Translations under genes and position numbers: made by a program
NCBI GenBank assembly: GCA_051294375.1
Contig: CM119270.1
Coordinates: 21,712,650-21,774,864 of the forward strand
Source of the DNA: Paraspadella gotoi
Lineage: Eukaryota; Animalia; Chaetognatha
Length of the DNA: 62,215 nucleotides
Reading direction: 5' to 3'
Part shown: positions 13,367 through 25,928 of the stretch, piece by piece
Position numbering within the stretch: the stretch's first letter is position 1
How the letters are laid out: each line of letters begins with the position of its first letter
Notes under the pieces: model-generated
The model's database searches: none
Told to the model about the DNA's origin: nothing
The model's input: only the letters and a program-made list of their open reading frames with translations

Positions 13367-14525
13367 ATGGTCATGAGCTGATGGTATTACTATTACTCAA
13401 TGAACTACCGTCTCACAGCTGAAGATGTTATGCTTATATGCGGGATGTATACATTGCAATGCTCGACTATATATATCAGGCGATAAGCTTCATCATATTA
13501 GGAAATTTAAAACAATAAATATTTAGGAAATCCCTGAAGTCTGCACAGAAAAATAAAATGCAACCAAATTTCGCGCGACGTAAAAAAAAATACGAAAAAA
13601 GCAAAAAAAAGCATTTAAATCTCCGTATAACAAAAAGGGAGCCACGAAACCGTCATACGAAACGGCCGCCAAAAAGAAAAAGAGTAGGAAAACGTTTTTG
13701 GGAAAACGGCCAGAAGAAAAAAAAACTGTCACAGGAAACCACAAAAAGAAAAAAGGCGAGAGAAAATGTTAATTCTATGGGCGACAATCGAGACGACAAA
13801 ATGGCGGCTTTGGCAGCCGACAACAACAACAATAACGAAGACGACGACGACGACGACGACGACGGCAAAAAGGCGGTGGGTGTCATAAATCGTCTTTTGA
13901 GGTTCAACATTTTTCTGTTATACTTTTTAATTAAATTTAAATTAAAATTTAAATATTTAAAAAATCGTTGATGCATGTGTTAAATTAATTTATGTTTTAG
14001 AATAAAAAGGGAAAATTTATTCTTAGTGAAACTATTTTTAGAAAAAAAAATTATACAAGTAACATTTTTTTTGCTTTTAAAGGACGTAGTACATGAAATA
14101 AAAGTCAAGGTTTCAATCGTTTTTAATATAAATTTTAAAAAAATCGTAAAATCCAGATAAAAAATGTAATCTAATACAATAAACGAAAAAAAGTCGGAGT
14201 GCGTTGAAATGTAAATGAGTTTTTTAACTTCATGCATAATTCAAACCAACAAAGTTTGTATTATTTATTTCCTTTTTTTTTTCACAAAGAAAAAAAATCG
14301 CAGTTTTTCCCAGCTAATTCTAAGATTATTTACTTGATTCGCTTTTTTCTCGCTTTTTTACTCTTTTCTGCTTTTAAACTCAGCTTCCCATTTTTGGGTT
14401 TATATTATAAATAATATATTATTAAGCTCGGAATCGTTTTAAATAAAATGAGACAACAAATTGTATAATTTAAGAAACTACAATTTAGTATAATTGAAAA
14501 TTGATGCTTAATCTTGATGTACTAA

Positions 14526-14571
<46 letters not shown>

Positions 14572-14754
14572 CCCCCGAACCGCCTCCTAGTTTTCCACAT
14601 AAACACCATCACAAATACGTCCCGGTAACGATAAAAATGACGACGACGACGACGACGACGGCGGCGACGACGACGACGACAACGACAACGACGTCGACGA
14701 CCAACACGTGAAACGAACAGCGCCCGTAGCGAGCAAAGAAAACCATAAGCAAGC

Positions 14755-15052
14755 TAAGAAAAATAAAAGAAAAAAAATAAAAAAAAGAAATGGAAAAGAA
14801 AATTAAAACAAAAGAAAAAGAAAAGAAAAAAAAAGAAAAAAAAGAAAAGAAAAAGAAAATAAAAAGAAAAGAAAAAGAAAAGAAAAAAAAGAAAAAGAAA
14901 AGAAAAGAAAAGAAAAAGAAGAGAAAAAGAAAAGAAAAAGAAAAAAAAAAGAAAAAAAAGAAAAAGAAAAGAAAAAGAAAGAAAAAGAAAAGAAAAGAAA
15001 AGAAAAAGAAAAAAGAAGAAAATAAAAATAAAATAGAAAGAAAAGAAAAAGA
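14755..15052. repeat. A/G-rich low-complexity tract (AAAAG-type)
   Basis: Almost exclusively A and G. It generates the spurious K/E/R and F/L/S ORFs. Confidence 0.9.
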
Positions 15053-15065
15053 GTTTAATTTGCAA

Positions 15066-15189
15066 CTTAATCTTAAACCAAAAACTTCATCACTAACCCT
15101 AATCCCAAACCTTAATCCTTAATCCTAAACTAATCCTAATTTCTAATCCTAAACCCTCATCCCTAATTTCTTGCCTTAACCCCTAACCA
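15066..15189 (-). repeat. Degenerate telomere-like (CCCTAA/TTAGGG variant) tract
   Basis: CTAACCCTAATCCCAAACCTTAATCCTTAATCCTAAAC etc. Similar tracts at ~26580-26700, ~50581-50632 and ~55667-55794. Confidence 0.65.
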
Positions 15190-15722
15190 AAAACAAAAAG
15201 CAAAAAGCAAAAGGGAAAAAAGCAAAAAGCAAAAAGCAAAAGCAAATCTCGTGAACATATTTTGCGTCGAAAAAAACTAATTGCGTTCGAAAGAAGAAAA
15301 AAAATTATTTCACTTTTTTTCACTTTCACGAATTTCAGTCGAAGTCGAGATGCGAGACGCAATATGACGATTTTTGGTCTGTATGTCTGTCTGTCTGTCT
15401 ATTGAAAAATAATGTCACTTTTTTGAATACGATATCTAACGGACATTTAAAAAAAGAAAGTTTATCCAGTGTTTTGATAAATTAATTAATAATTAAAGTC
15501 GCGCGTTTTGATTACAAACTAAATAAGATTTAGGGAAATAGAATTAATATATTAATGGAAATCGCAATGCAAATGACCAACTATCTCTATGTCACAAAGA
15601 TACAGAAAGACGCTTTTGCCAAATAAAGAAAAAGAAAAAAAAAGAAAGAAAAAATAAAATAAGGACGTAAATTCGTGAATTTGTTTCCATTCTTTTTTTG
15701 TGTTCCAATTATGCTCGCTCGT

Positions 15723-15829
<107 letters not shown>

Positions 15830-16033
15830 CAATTTCTTTTGTTTACTCATATCATAGAAACTCCGGTTTTCTTTCCTTCCTCCATTTGTAATTCGCTTTG
15901 TTTGTGTTTGACAAGGTCTCAACAACAACAACTACAGCAACAACAACAACAACAGCGACCAAAAACAACTCTGATCACAACAAACTCAGTCAAATACGAC
16001 AACAACAACAACAACAACTACAAGGAAACTTAC

Positions 16034-16834
16034 CTTCCGCGGTTGGTGCAGCGTTGATTGGTGAGATGCCGACAAACAAAAGAAAGAAGAGGAGAGACGG
16101 AAGCAATTTAAAGCGCTGCTTGTTCACATTCCAGTTCGCTGACGTCTGCTTGGTCAAATCCCAGTTCGCTGACGTCTGCTTGTTAAAATTTCCCCCGTTG
16201 GTCGAATCCAATATTGCGGACCAATGCTTGGTGAAATTCGATAGACATGAATTTTCCTTGGGGAAATCCGAGATTGTACTGGGATGACTAATGGGCATCC
16301 GTCGCTGCTTGGTAGAATTGCTAAGCAATCCGGCTCCTTTTTCGAGACAAAGATGACCCTTCCCGACCGCAAAACATTCATTGGAAATAATTCCGCATGG
16401 CGTTCGCTGATTGGATGACGAGACAAAAGTTTCTGGCTTTTGATTAGTCGACGACAAAAGAGTTTCTGGCCTCTGATTGGTTGACGAGCTGAGAAATATA
16501 GGAATCTGATTGGTCGAGCAGATGATTCTCGAACTCTGATTGGTCGGATCGTCGGTCATCTCTCTCGCTTTGTCGTTGTTTTTGTTTACGTTTATATTTT
16601 TGTTTACATTTTGCTCGTCAATCTCGTGTTTAGGGTGGAAACAACGACGACGAGAACGACGAAGCCGTTTATTATTCAGGGCAGATGGCGCTGACGCTGT
16701 GGTCGTCGTCGTCTTCGTCGTCTTCTTCTCGTCTTTCGAACCGGAAATGACGCTTATCAAAATTTCGTCGTCGTTCTTGTCGTCATCGTCGTCGTAAATT
16801 GAAAGGGAAGGATCCGTAATCAAAGTTGACTCGA

Positions 16835-16875
<41 letters not shown>

Positions 16876-18251
16876 CGATTTTCTTCGACGTCAAATACAA
16901 AATGGCGTCGACAGGTGACGTTTTTAGCGCCAAAGTTTTCGTCGCCCGACGGAGAGAGTGCGCGGCGTTTCTCGTTACATACGGGTGCGCGATTTGACAC
17001 AAGATTTAGGGATGTAATTGAAGGAGGTTGACAGGATTCGGGGGTTGCGAGTTTTTGGATCCGGGGTCGCGAATCACGCGGCGTTGGGGCTGAGACCGTG
17101 CCCGCGGGGCTGTCGGGAGATGTAGGCGTGTCAGGGCGGTCGAGGGGGGTTGTGGGAAGGGAGAAAGGGGAGGGAAGGGAAGGGGCAAGTTTAGAGATGT
17201 GGGCGGGAGTGGCGGGAGTTGCCTGAGTGGCGGATGTGGCAGAAATGGTGGAAGTGGCGGGAGCGCTGTCGTCAGTAGAGTTGTCGTCTTTGTCGGCTGA
17301 GGAGAATGAGATGGAAAAGTCGGCGAAGATGGGAGACCCAGAGAGCCTCATTTCAAGAGAAGAAGAAGAACGAGAAGAAAGAGAAGAAGAATTAGAAGGA
17401 GAAATAAAAAAAGAAAGAGAGGAAGAAAAAGGAGAAAGAAAAATAGAGAAGAAAGACGCTGAGTTTTGACTCGATTGGTCGTATGAAGAAAAGGGAGAGG
17501 GAGAAATAGAGAGGAAGAGGGAGGAAAGAGGAGATCGAGAGGGAGAAATAGAGAGGAAGAGGGAAGAAAGAGGAGATTGAGAGGAAGTGAGAGAGAAGAA
17601 GAGGGAGGAAAGATGAGATTGAGTGGGAGTGAGAGAGAATAAAGGATGAAACAAAATAGAGAGGGCGTGGGGTGACGATGAGGAGACCGGAAAAACTTGG
17701 ATTTCCACGAAATGCGTCGTAGCTAAATAAGGAAAGCAGGAAGAGGAAAAGAAAGCGAGAGATGGGGTGATGGGGCTGGAAAAGTGTCCGCTGGAGAAGG
17801 CTGTGCTGGAGACAAGGTCCTTGGGGCTGGAGTCCGAGTAAAAGGGGTGGGAGCTTGGGTCCTCAGTGGCGCCTGAGGTCCCGAGTTCGAATCCGAGTCT
17901 CTTCAAATTTATTTTCGAATTCGATTCGCGGGAAGAAAATCGAGTTGAAAGAAATTCGATTAAAGACGAGATGCGCTGCCGACGACGCGGCGGACGCTGC
18001 AGACGCCCCGTTAGGGGCTGTCGACGCTGCAGACGCCGCGGCAGGGGCTGTCGACGCTGCCGGTGCTGCCGACGTAAAACCCTGTGTCGGCTTTTTACAA
18101 ATCCTTCGTCATATTTAGAATCTAACTTTGACTTTTCTTCTTTAAATCCGAGTTGTTTAAATCCGTGTTCTTTAAATCCGAGTTCGTTATTGGCGAGTTT
18201 CGTCAAAGAAACGAAAAAATTCGCTTCGACGCGACGAATTTCTGACTCCAT
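16034..18251 (-). CDS. Large putative exon of an unknown Ser/Pro/Arg-rich low-complexity protein ending in a signal-peptide/TM-like segment
   Basis: Part of the 817-codon open frame 15990-18443; the first ATG is at 18251 (MESEIRR). Internal repeats have lengths that are multiples of 3 (15, 30, 33 bp). It ends KLLPSLLFFLLFVGISPINAAPTAE followed by a perfect phase-1 donor AAG|GTAAGT (intron starts 16033). No recognisable domain. Confidence 0.55.
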
Positions 18252-19064
18252 CTCGTTGGCGAGGAAAAAGAGCGAGAGCGAGACACGCCGATAGCGAGAC
18301 AGAGTAAATTTGAAATCGCGTGAGAGAGAACGAATTGCAGAGAGCGAGAGCGAGTGATCCTCGTGCGGAGTCGATGAGAGAGAGACAGAGTGAGAGCGAG
18401 TCGTTGATCCGTTGATCCTTCGAAGGGAAGAAGATCCTGACAAAAGGGAAATGGAATTTCAAAGTCAATGGAAATGGTAATGGTGGAAATGGAAAAAATT
18501 GAAAAATTGGAAGAAATTGAAAATGGGAAGAAATGGAGGAAATGGAAAAAGGGGGCAAAGGAGGAAATGTAAAACAAGAAATAAAGAAAATGAAAAAAAT
18601 ATGAAAAATGGGGGCAAATGGAAAAAAAATGGGGAATATGAGGAAATGGAAAACGTTGAGAAATAAGGGAAATGGAAAAATATTAAAAATGGAGGAAATT
18701 GGAGAAAATTGGAGAAATAATAGGGTGAAATGAAAGAAAATGGAAAATTGTTAATAATTGGAGGAAATGGATAAAAAATTGGCAAAAAAGTACGAAGGAA
18801 ATGGAAAATTAGAAACGGAAAAAACCAAAAAGTAAGAAAAAAAAAGGTAAATATAAAATTAATTATTATTATTACGAATTGTTTACATTGATTTACATAG
18901 TATTTTGTGGGTTGACGATTCCTCAGTTTGGAAAAAGTCTGTCTACATTTAATGTATTATTAATCGACACAAAAAACTTATTTTTCACTATGATTTGTCC
19001 CTCAGGGAAACCAATGGAAATAACACGATTCAGTCATCGCTGACACAACAAAGGAACAAAACGG

Positions 19065-19352
19065 AAGCCCAATCTCTTGAAAAAGAAAGGCCAATCTCTG
19101 AAAAAAGAAAGGCCAATCTCTCGAAAAAGAAAGGCCAATCTCTGTAAAAATAAATAGCCAATCTCTCGAAAAAGAAAGGCCAATATCTGTAAAAAGAAAG
19201 GCCATTCTCTGTAAAAAAAAGGCCAATATCTGTAAAAAGAAAGGCCAATCTCTGTAAAAATGAAAAGCCAATCTCTCGAAAAAGAAAGGCCGATTGTTAA
19301 AATTTCTCAATGATAGGCCAATCTCCTAAAAATGAAAGGCCAATCTGTCAAA
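19065..19352. repeat. ~22-bp minisatellite AAAGAAAGGCCAATCTCT(CG/GT)AA
   Basis: About a dozen tandem copies are visible, most containing GCCAAT. Confidence 0.9.
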
Positions 19353-19441
19353 AAAGGTCAATCTTTTAGACTTTTTCCCTGATGGTATCTAGAAAAATTA
19401 TGTAACCAGCTTCCAGTTTTGGGGCTTGAGAAAAAAGGATA

Positions 19442-19493
<52 letters not shown>

Positions 19494-19925
19494 GGGAGAG
19501 AGAGGGACAGAGAGAGAGAGAGAGAAAGAGAGAGAGTGAGAGACAGTCGGTAGGGATAAAAGGAAAGCGGAGCAGTGAGATTAAAAAGCAGGCATAATAG
19601 AATATGGGCGCATATATCCTGGCGCAAAAACCGTAAAAGTAACATTGGTCTCGGATAAATATTTCAGAAAAGGAGGGAGAGAAAAAAAACCGCGACAAAA
19701 ATAACTATGAATTTATTATTTTTTTTAAATGTATATTTAAGGGAAACCACGATAGAGGAAAATATATAAAAAGGGAAAGAAAAAGAGAGAGAGAGAAAAT
19801 ATTAAATTTGTATTATCTTTGAATAATCTACGAAGTCGAGAGAGAGAAAAGTAATACTGTTTTGCAGCTCAGAAATGAAAACGTACTGAAGACGAGAGAA
19901 AGAGAGAGAGAAGAGAGAGAGAGAG

Positions 19926-19971
<46 letters not shown>

Positions 19972-20918
19972 TGACAAGGAGTGAAATTCCGGGAAAATTT
20001 AATATCCTCTTCTTATAACGTCTCTTTTCTCATCGTCCCCTTAACAACCGAAATAAAATATCCGGAGAGAAAAGAAAGGATGAAAGGAGGTTAAAAGGAG
20101 TTGGGGAGGAGGTTTAGAGGGGTTTAGATGGGTTTAGAATGGGTTTAGAGAGGTTTATAGGTGTTTATAAAGGGTTTAAAGGGTTTAGAAAGGGTTTACA
20201 GGGGTTTTAATAGGTGGATTAGAGTAGGGGAAGGTTTGAAAATGAAAATAACCAGGAAGAAAATACTGATGTGTTACGCAGCAATGACTTTTTTATCCGT
20301 GTATTTTCGACACGCGCTGAATTGGAATCTCGTCTTTTATTCTTCATAATTGTCTTTAAAAACAAAAGGTAGCGCTAGCAGTCGCTTAGATTTGAGGTTC
20401 TATTCCTCTCTTAACAAATGAACATCCAACAAATGTAAGTGGGACAGACAGACCGACCGACCGAAAAGTCACTTGTAAAGTTTTTCAAAATAAAGGAAAA
20501 AAAAAAACATTGAGCGAGCAAGCATATTACAGTCAAGCAATCTCCCGCGAGCAAGCAGTCGGCCTTTTTCTTTCATCCACTCAAATCTCCGTCGAGAGTT
20601 TTTTGTTATTTTGTTTGACTCGAGCGACATCTGGTTTGAGTTATAAGAAGCAAATCTCTTAGGAAACGATTTCTCTGTAATGGAACTACTTTTCCTTTTA
20701 GAGAGAAAGAAACAAAAAAAAAGAGAAACGAAAGTTCTTCAGAAATAAAAAAGTATTTTTGGTGGAAAATAGAATAAGAGTTTGGAAGGAAAAATAAATG
20801 TGGGTAAATATATAGATATTAAAACCAACATGTAATTATATTTGATACGGAGTAATATGATATACAAGGGAGTGGTCTTTATATACAATTGAAACATTCT
20901 TTAAAATGTTATACCACA

Positions 20919-21103
20919 TCATTGATAGGGAAGCCAGGTACTCTGAGAGTGAATAAACGAGACTTGATTGAAGGGACCTGCTATGTTATTATCTTGTAAG
21001 AGTGATGGAGGCCTTAAACCATCAAAGCCTGTCCAAAGTCAGGGGCAAGATAGTTTATTTATTAAATGAATGGATAATTTTTATATTGGGTGTACCAATT
21101 TCG
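20919..21103 (+). mobile_element. Dispersed repeat family A (uninterrupted copy)
   Basis: Matches 57195-57332 joined to 57706-57740 (CAGGTACTCTG...GTCCAAAGTCAGGGGCAAGATA...AAATGAATGGATAATTTTTATATT). Fragments at ~4872, ~8490 (rc), ~22577 (rc), ~25577 and ~26201. Confidence 0.75.
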
Positions 21104-21370
21104 TATAAAAAATTATATATTAGAAAAAAAAATAACAATAAAAATTAGCTCCTTCTTAAAAAGTAAATAAACCTTTCAATTAGAAAAGAAAAAGTTTGTT
21201 TCAACCAAAAAGCGAAAATTCAAGAACAAAATGAGAAAGTCATTGAGAAATTTGAAAAAATGTAAAAAAAGATGTAAAATGTAAAATTGATTAAAAATAG
21301 AATTTCATGAAATTGTGGCTTTATTGCTTATGACCGGGTTAAGTACGAGGTTTGATCCTGAATTTTATTA

Positions 21371-21438
<68 letters not shown>

Positions 21439-22279
21439 TGAAGACGTTTGCCCCAAAGCGAATTTCCTTCCAGAGAAAACTATTTTGTCGTCGTTGTTGT
21501 TGTTGTTCTCGTTGATGTTTTCCCCGTCATCTCGTCATTAATACTCGATGTTCATGGAAAGTTTTTGATGGAGAAAGTTGATGTTGAAGTCGCGACCCAG
21601 GGGCCCTTTTTGCCTCGTCGTCGTCGTCGTCGTTTTCGTCGTCGTCGTCGTTTTTGACCATCAACTGGGAACACTTTTTTTCTTTGCCCCTCGATCGTCG
21701 TCGGTCATCTTCAACATCAAATTTTGATTCTCTTTTTATAAACTAAACATCTTTTTTGTACAAAACCAGACGTTTTTTCCGTGATTCTTTAAGCAATCAA
21801 CATTTTATTCGCTATTAACGGACGCTTTCTCTGTTCTATTGTTCAAAACCCAATTTATTTTAAAACGTAAAAATATAGATTACAAGTATATTGAATTTAA
21901 TAAACTCTTTCTATCAATATATTCTATTAAATTTTTGTCATGTCAGTGAATTATCGAAATAAAAGTATATTGTAATTAATTAACAACTTTATTTTTTCTC
22001 CAATATTTAACGTTTTAATGTTTTATTATGATAGTTAATTGCAAACTTAAACAAAAGTATAATCAATTAATACTTAACACAATTTTTTTAATGTTTCAGT
22101 TTAATTTTCTTTTTCTTTTTTTTCTTTTCCCTTTCTTTAAAATTTCCCTTTGTTCCTTATCCCTTTCTTTCAATGAAATTCTCCAATTTCACTAATCGTA
22201 ACTGATGATGCTATTTTGCCGCTCAACTTTCAAAAACTGCGGCTTCATTGCCATTTGAATACCATTTCAATGCCATTTC

Positions 22280-22751
22280 ATTGCCATTAAGTCCATCTCG
22301 TCGTGAGACTCGATTTCGACTCTCGATTCGCTTTGGATCTTTACCTTCGCCTATCTGACCCCATGTTTGACCCTTTATAGTCCTGACCCATTTAAGTCCT
22401 GACCCTATTACATTCTGACCCATTATGTTCTGATCCATTATGTTCTGACCCCATTATGTTCTGACCCATTAAATCTTTCTTCCGCTTCGCTTCTTTTTCT
22501 CCTCACAACCGAAAATTCACTGAATCACGTTTTTCTCACTCGATCATCGGAGGCGTGAAAATTCTTTGTACCTTAATGAAATTGGTACCACCAATATGAA
22601 AATTATTCATTCATTTAATAAATAATATCTAAATATCTTAATATTTTACTCTATTTTCTCTTTTACATCATAATATTCTCCATTAATCTAGAATCCTTTT
22701 TCCTTTTCTACTTTCTCCCTTGTATATTCCTCTCTCTCTCTCTCTCTCTCG

Positions 22752-22798
<47 letters not shown>

Positions 22799-23208
22799 CT
22801 CTCTCCTCTCTCTCCCTTATTTTCCTCTCTGCTTACAACTCCGCACCAAGCCAGACTCATTCTTATCGGAGACTAAAAAGACGCAGGCCATAGAATCATT
22901 ATCATAAAGAGAACTTTTCCTCTTTTCATCTGCATCTTTCTCTCCCTCTCTTCTTTTCTTCCTTCTTTCTCTCCTCCTTCCTCCTTTCCTTCCTTCCCTT
23001 CTCCCCTCTTCCTCCTCCTCCTCCTCCTCCTCCTCCTTCCTCTCTTTATCCTCCATCTCGCTTCGCCAAAGCTCAGGAAACGCTTTTTATTATCGAGCTT
23101 CTGACCAGCGCCCGCGGGGACCCGCAGAAGAGAAGAGAGAGAGAGAGAAAAGGAGAAGAGGAGAGACGAGAGAGATGAGAACCTTGTGGAGGAGGCGAGT
23201 GAGAGGGG

Positions 23209-23240
<32 letters not shown>

Positions 23241-25046
23241 CACCTAAGAAAAACCCATCGTCCACAGCTGCCAGGGAAATTGAGAAAGGGGAGAGAGGAA
23301 GAGGCGACTAGAACAAAAATTTAAAAAAAAACACAGAAAACAGAAAAAAAAACAAATAAAAAAATAAAACAAAAAATGGTTAACAAAAATAAAAATTATT
23401 ATTAAAATAGTAAAACTTTAAATGCCGTATTATTATTAACGAATCTAAAAAGACGTAATTGAGTAAGTCATTTTGTAACTTAAATTAAATTAAATTACAT
23501 TTTATATAAAATATAAATTAATTAAAGAAAATGTTTTGAGTTAGGACGATTTATAAGAGTTGAATGTTAAAAAAAGTGAGGAGGTTAAAGGAGAAATTGC
23601 TCAACCAGAAACGAGGTGAGTTGAAGGCAGAAAGTAAAGAAAAAGCTCTTGGGTCAAAATCTGCTGACCTATTGCTTAAGGAATTCGTGAATAATTTGTG
23701 AATTATTTGTGAAAAATATGTTCAAAATCTGTGAATAACAATGGTTAATCTAAAAAAAAATGATCAAGAAAATTATTCACGGAGAACTAAACAGAGAATG
23801 AAAGAAGGAACAAGTTGGGACTTGGGTCAAAGCGGCTCAAGTGAAAGTCGTGATTTGTGAATGCATTCGAGTGAAAACTGTGAGGGAGAGATGCCGTTTG
23901 ATTAGAGTGAGATGCATCCGAGTGAGAGATGTGAGGGAGAGATTGTGATTGTGATTGGGAGTGGGAGGAAACGAAATGAGTTTTGGTGAAACGCAGACCG
24001 GGATTTTGCGAGAGAGAGTAAATGAGGGATGAAAGGGAGGGTGGAGAGGGAGATGGAGAGAGAGAGAGAGAGACTCTCTCTCTCCTCTCCCTCTCCACCC
24101 TCCCTTTCATCCTCATTCTCTCTCTCTCCATCTCCCTCTGCCACCCTCCCTTTCATCCCTCATATTACTCTCTATTCTCTCTCTCTCCCTCTCTCCTCTC
24201 CTCTCTCTCTTCTCTCTCCATCTCCCTCTCCACCCTCCCTTTCATCCCTCATTTACTCTCTCTCAGCAAAAATCCCGGTCTTGCGTTTCACCAAAACTCA
24301 TTTCGTTTTCCTCCCACTCCCAATCACAATCACAATCTCTCCCTCACATCTCTCACTCGGATGCATCTCACTCTAATCAAACGGCAATCTCTCCCTACAG
24401 TTTTCACTCGAATGCATTCACAAATCACGACTTTCACTTGAGCCGCTTTGACCCAAGTCCCAACTTGTTCCTTCTTTCATTCTCTTTTTAGTTCTCGTGA
24501 ATAATTTTCTTTGATCATTTTTTTTTTAGATTAACCATTGTTATTCCAAGATTTTGAACATATTTTTTCACAAATAATTCACAAATTATTCAGCGAATTC
24601 CTTAAGCAATAGGTAGCAGATTTTGACCCAAGAGCTTTTTTCTTTACTTTCTGCCTTCAACTCACCTCGTTTCTGGTTGAGCAATTTCTCCTTTAACCTC
24701 CTCACTTTTTTTTAACATTCACCTCTTATAAATCGTCCGTAACCTCAAAACATTTTCTTTAATTAATTTATATTTATTATAAATGTAATTTAATTTAATT
24801 AAGTTACAAAATGACTTACTCAATTACGTCTTTTTAGATTCGTTAATAATAATACGACATTTAAAGTTTTACTATTTTAATAATAATTTTTATTTTTGGT
24901 TAACCATCTTTTTGTTTTAATTTTTTTTATTTGTTTTTTTTTTTCTGTTTTCTGTGTTTTTTTTTTAATTTTTGTTCTAGTCGCCTCTTCCTCTCTCCCC
25001 TTTCTCAATTTCCCTGGCAGCTGTGGACATGGTTTTTCTCTTAGGT

Positions 25047-25092
<46 letters not shown>

Positions 25093-25411
25093 CTCGTCCC
25101 CGCGGGCGCTGGTTTCAGAAGCTCGATAATAAAAAGCGTTCCTGAGCTTTTGGCGAAGCCGAGATGGAGGATAAAGAGAGAGGAGGAGGAGGAGGAGGAG
25201 GAGGAGGAGGAAGAGGGAGAGGAAGGAGAGAAAGGAGAAGGAGGAGAGAAAGAAGGAAGAAAAGAAGAGAGGGAGAGAAAGATGCAGATGAAAAGAGAAA
25301 AGTTCTCTTTATGATAATGATTCTATGGCCTGCGTCTTTTTAGTCCGTAAGAATGAGTCTCTGTTGGTGCGGAGTTGTAAGCAGAGAGGAAAATAAGGGA
25401 GAGAGAGGAGA

Positions 25412-25475
<64 letters not shown>

Positions 25476-25928
25476 GGATATACAAGGGAGAAAGTAGAAA
25501 AGGAAAAAGGATTCTAGATTAATGGAGAATATTATGATGTAAAAGAGAAAATAGAGTAAAATTATTAAGATATTTAGATATTATTTTTAAATTAATGAAT
25601 AATTTTCATATTGGTGGTACCAATTTCATTAAGGTACAAAGATTTTCACGCCTCCGATGATCGAGTAGAAAAAACGTGATTCAGTGAATTTTCGGTTGTG
25701 AGGAGAAAAAGAACAGAAGCGGAAGAAAGATTTAATGGGTCAGAACATAATGGGGTCAGAACATAATGGATCAGAACATAATGGGTCAGAATGTAATAGG
25801 GTCAGGACTTAAATGGGTCAGGACTATAAAGGGTAACCAATCGGGGTCAGATAGGCGAAGGTAAAGATCCAAAGCGAATCGAGAGTGCAGAAATCGAGTC
25901 TCACGACGAGATGGAGCTTATGCAAATG
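22280..25928. repeat. ~1.8-kb-arm inverted duplication centred near 24073, probable fold-back artefact
   Basis: 22293 CCATCTCGTCGTGAGACTCGATTTC vs GAAATCGAGTCTCACGACGAGATGG near 25890-25914. The right arm ends at the 25-N gap (25929-25953), after which sequence resumes with GAGTAAATGATGGATGAAAGGGAGGGTGGAGAGGG, matching the end of the left arm. Confidence 0.93.
22380..22470. repeat. Short tandem repeat CTGACCCATTATGTT (~15-16 bp unit)
   Basis: About six copies; mirrored at ~25733-25825. Confidence 0.8.

Noticed and set aside
13289-13375. HDV-like ribozyme resemblance (TTCACGC loop, GGTATC..GACACC stem, CTAA)
   Set aside because: I could not form P1, P2 or P3 pairings in either copy.
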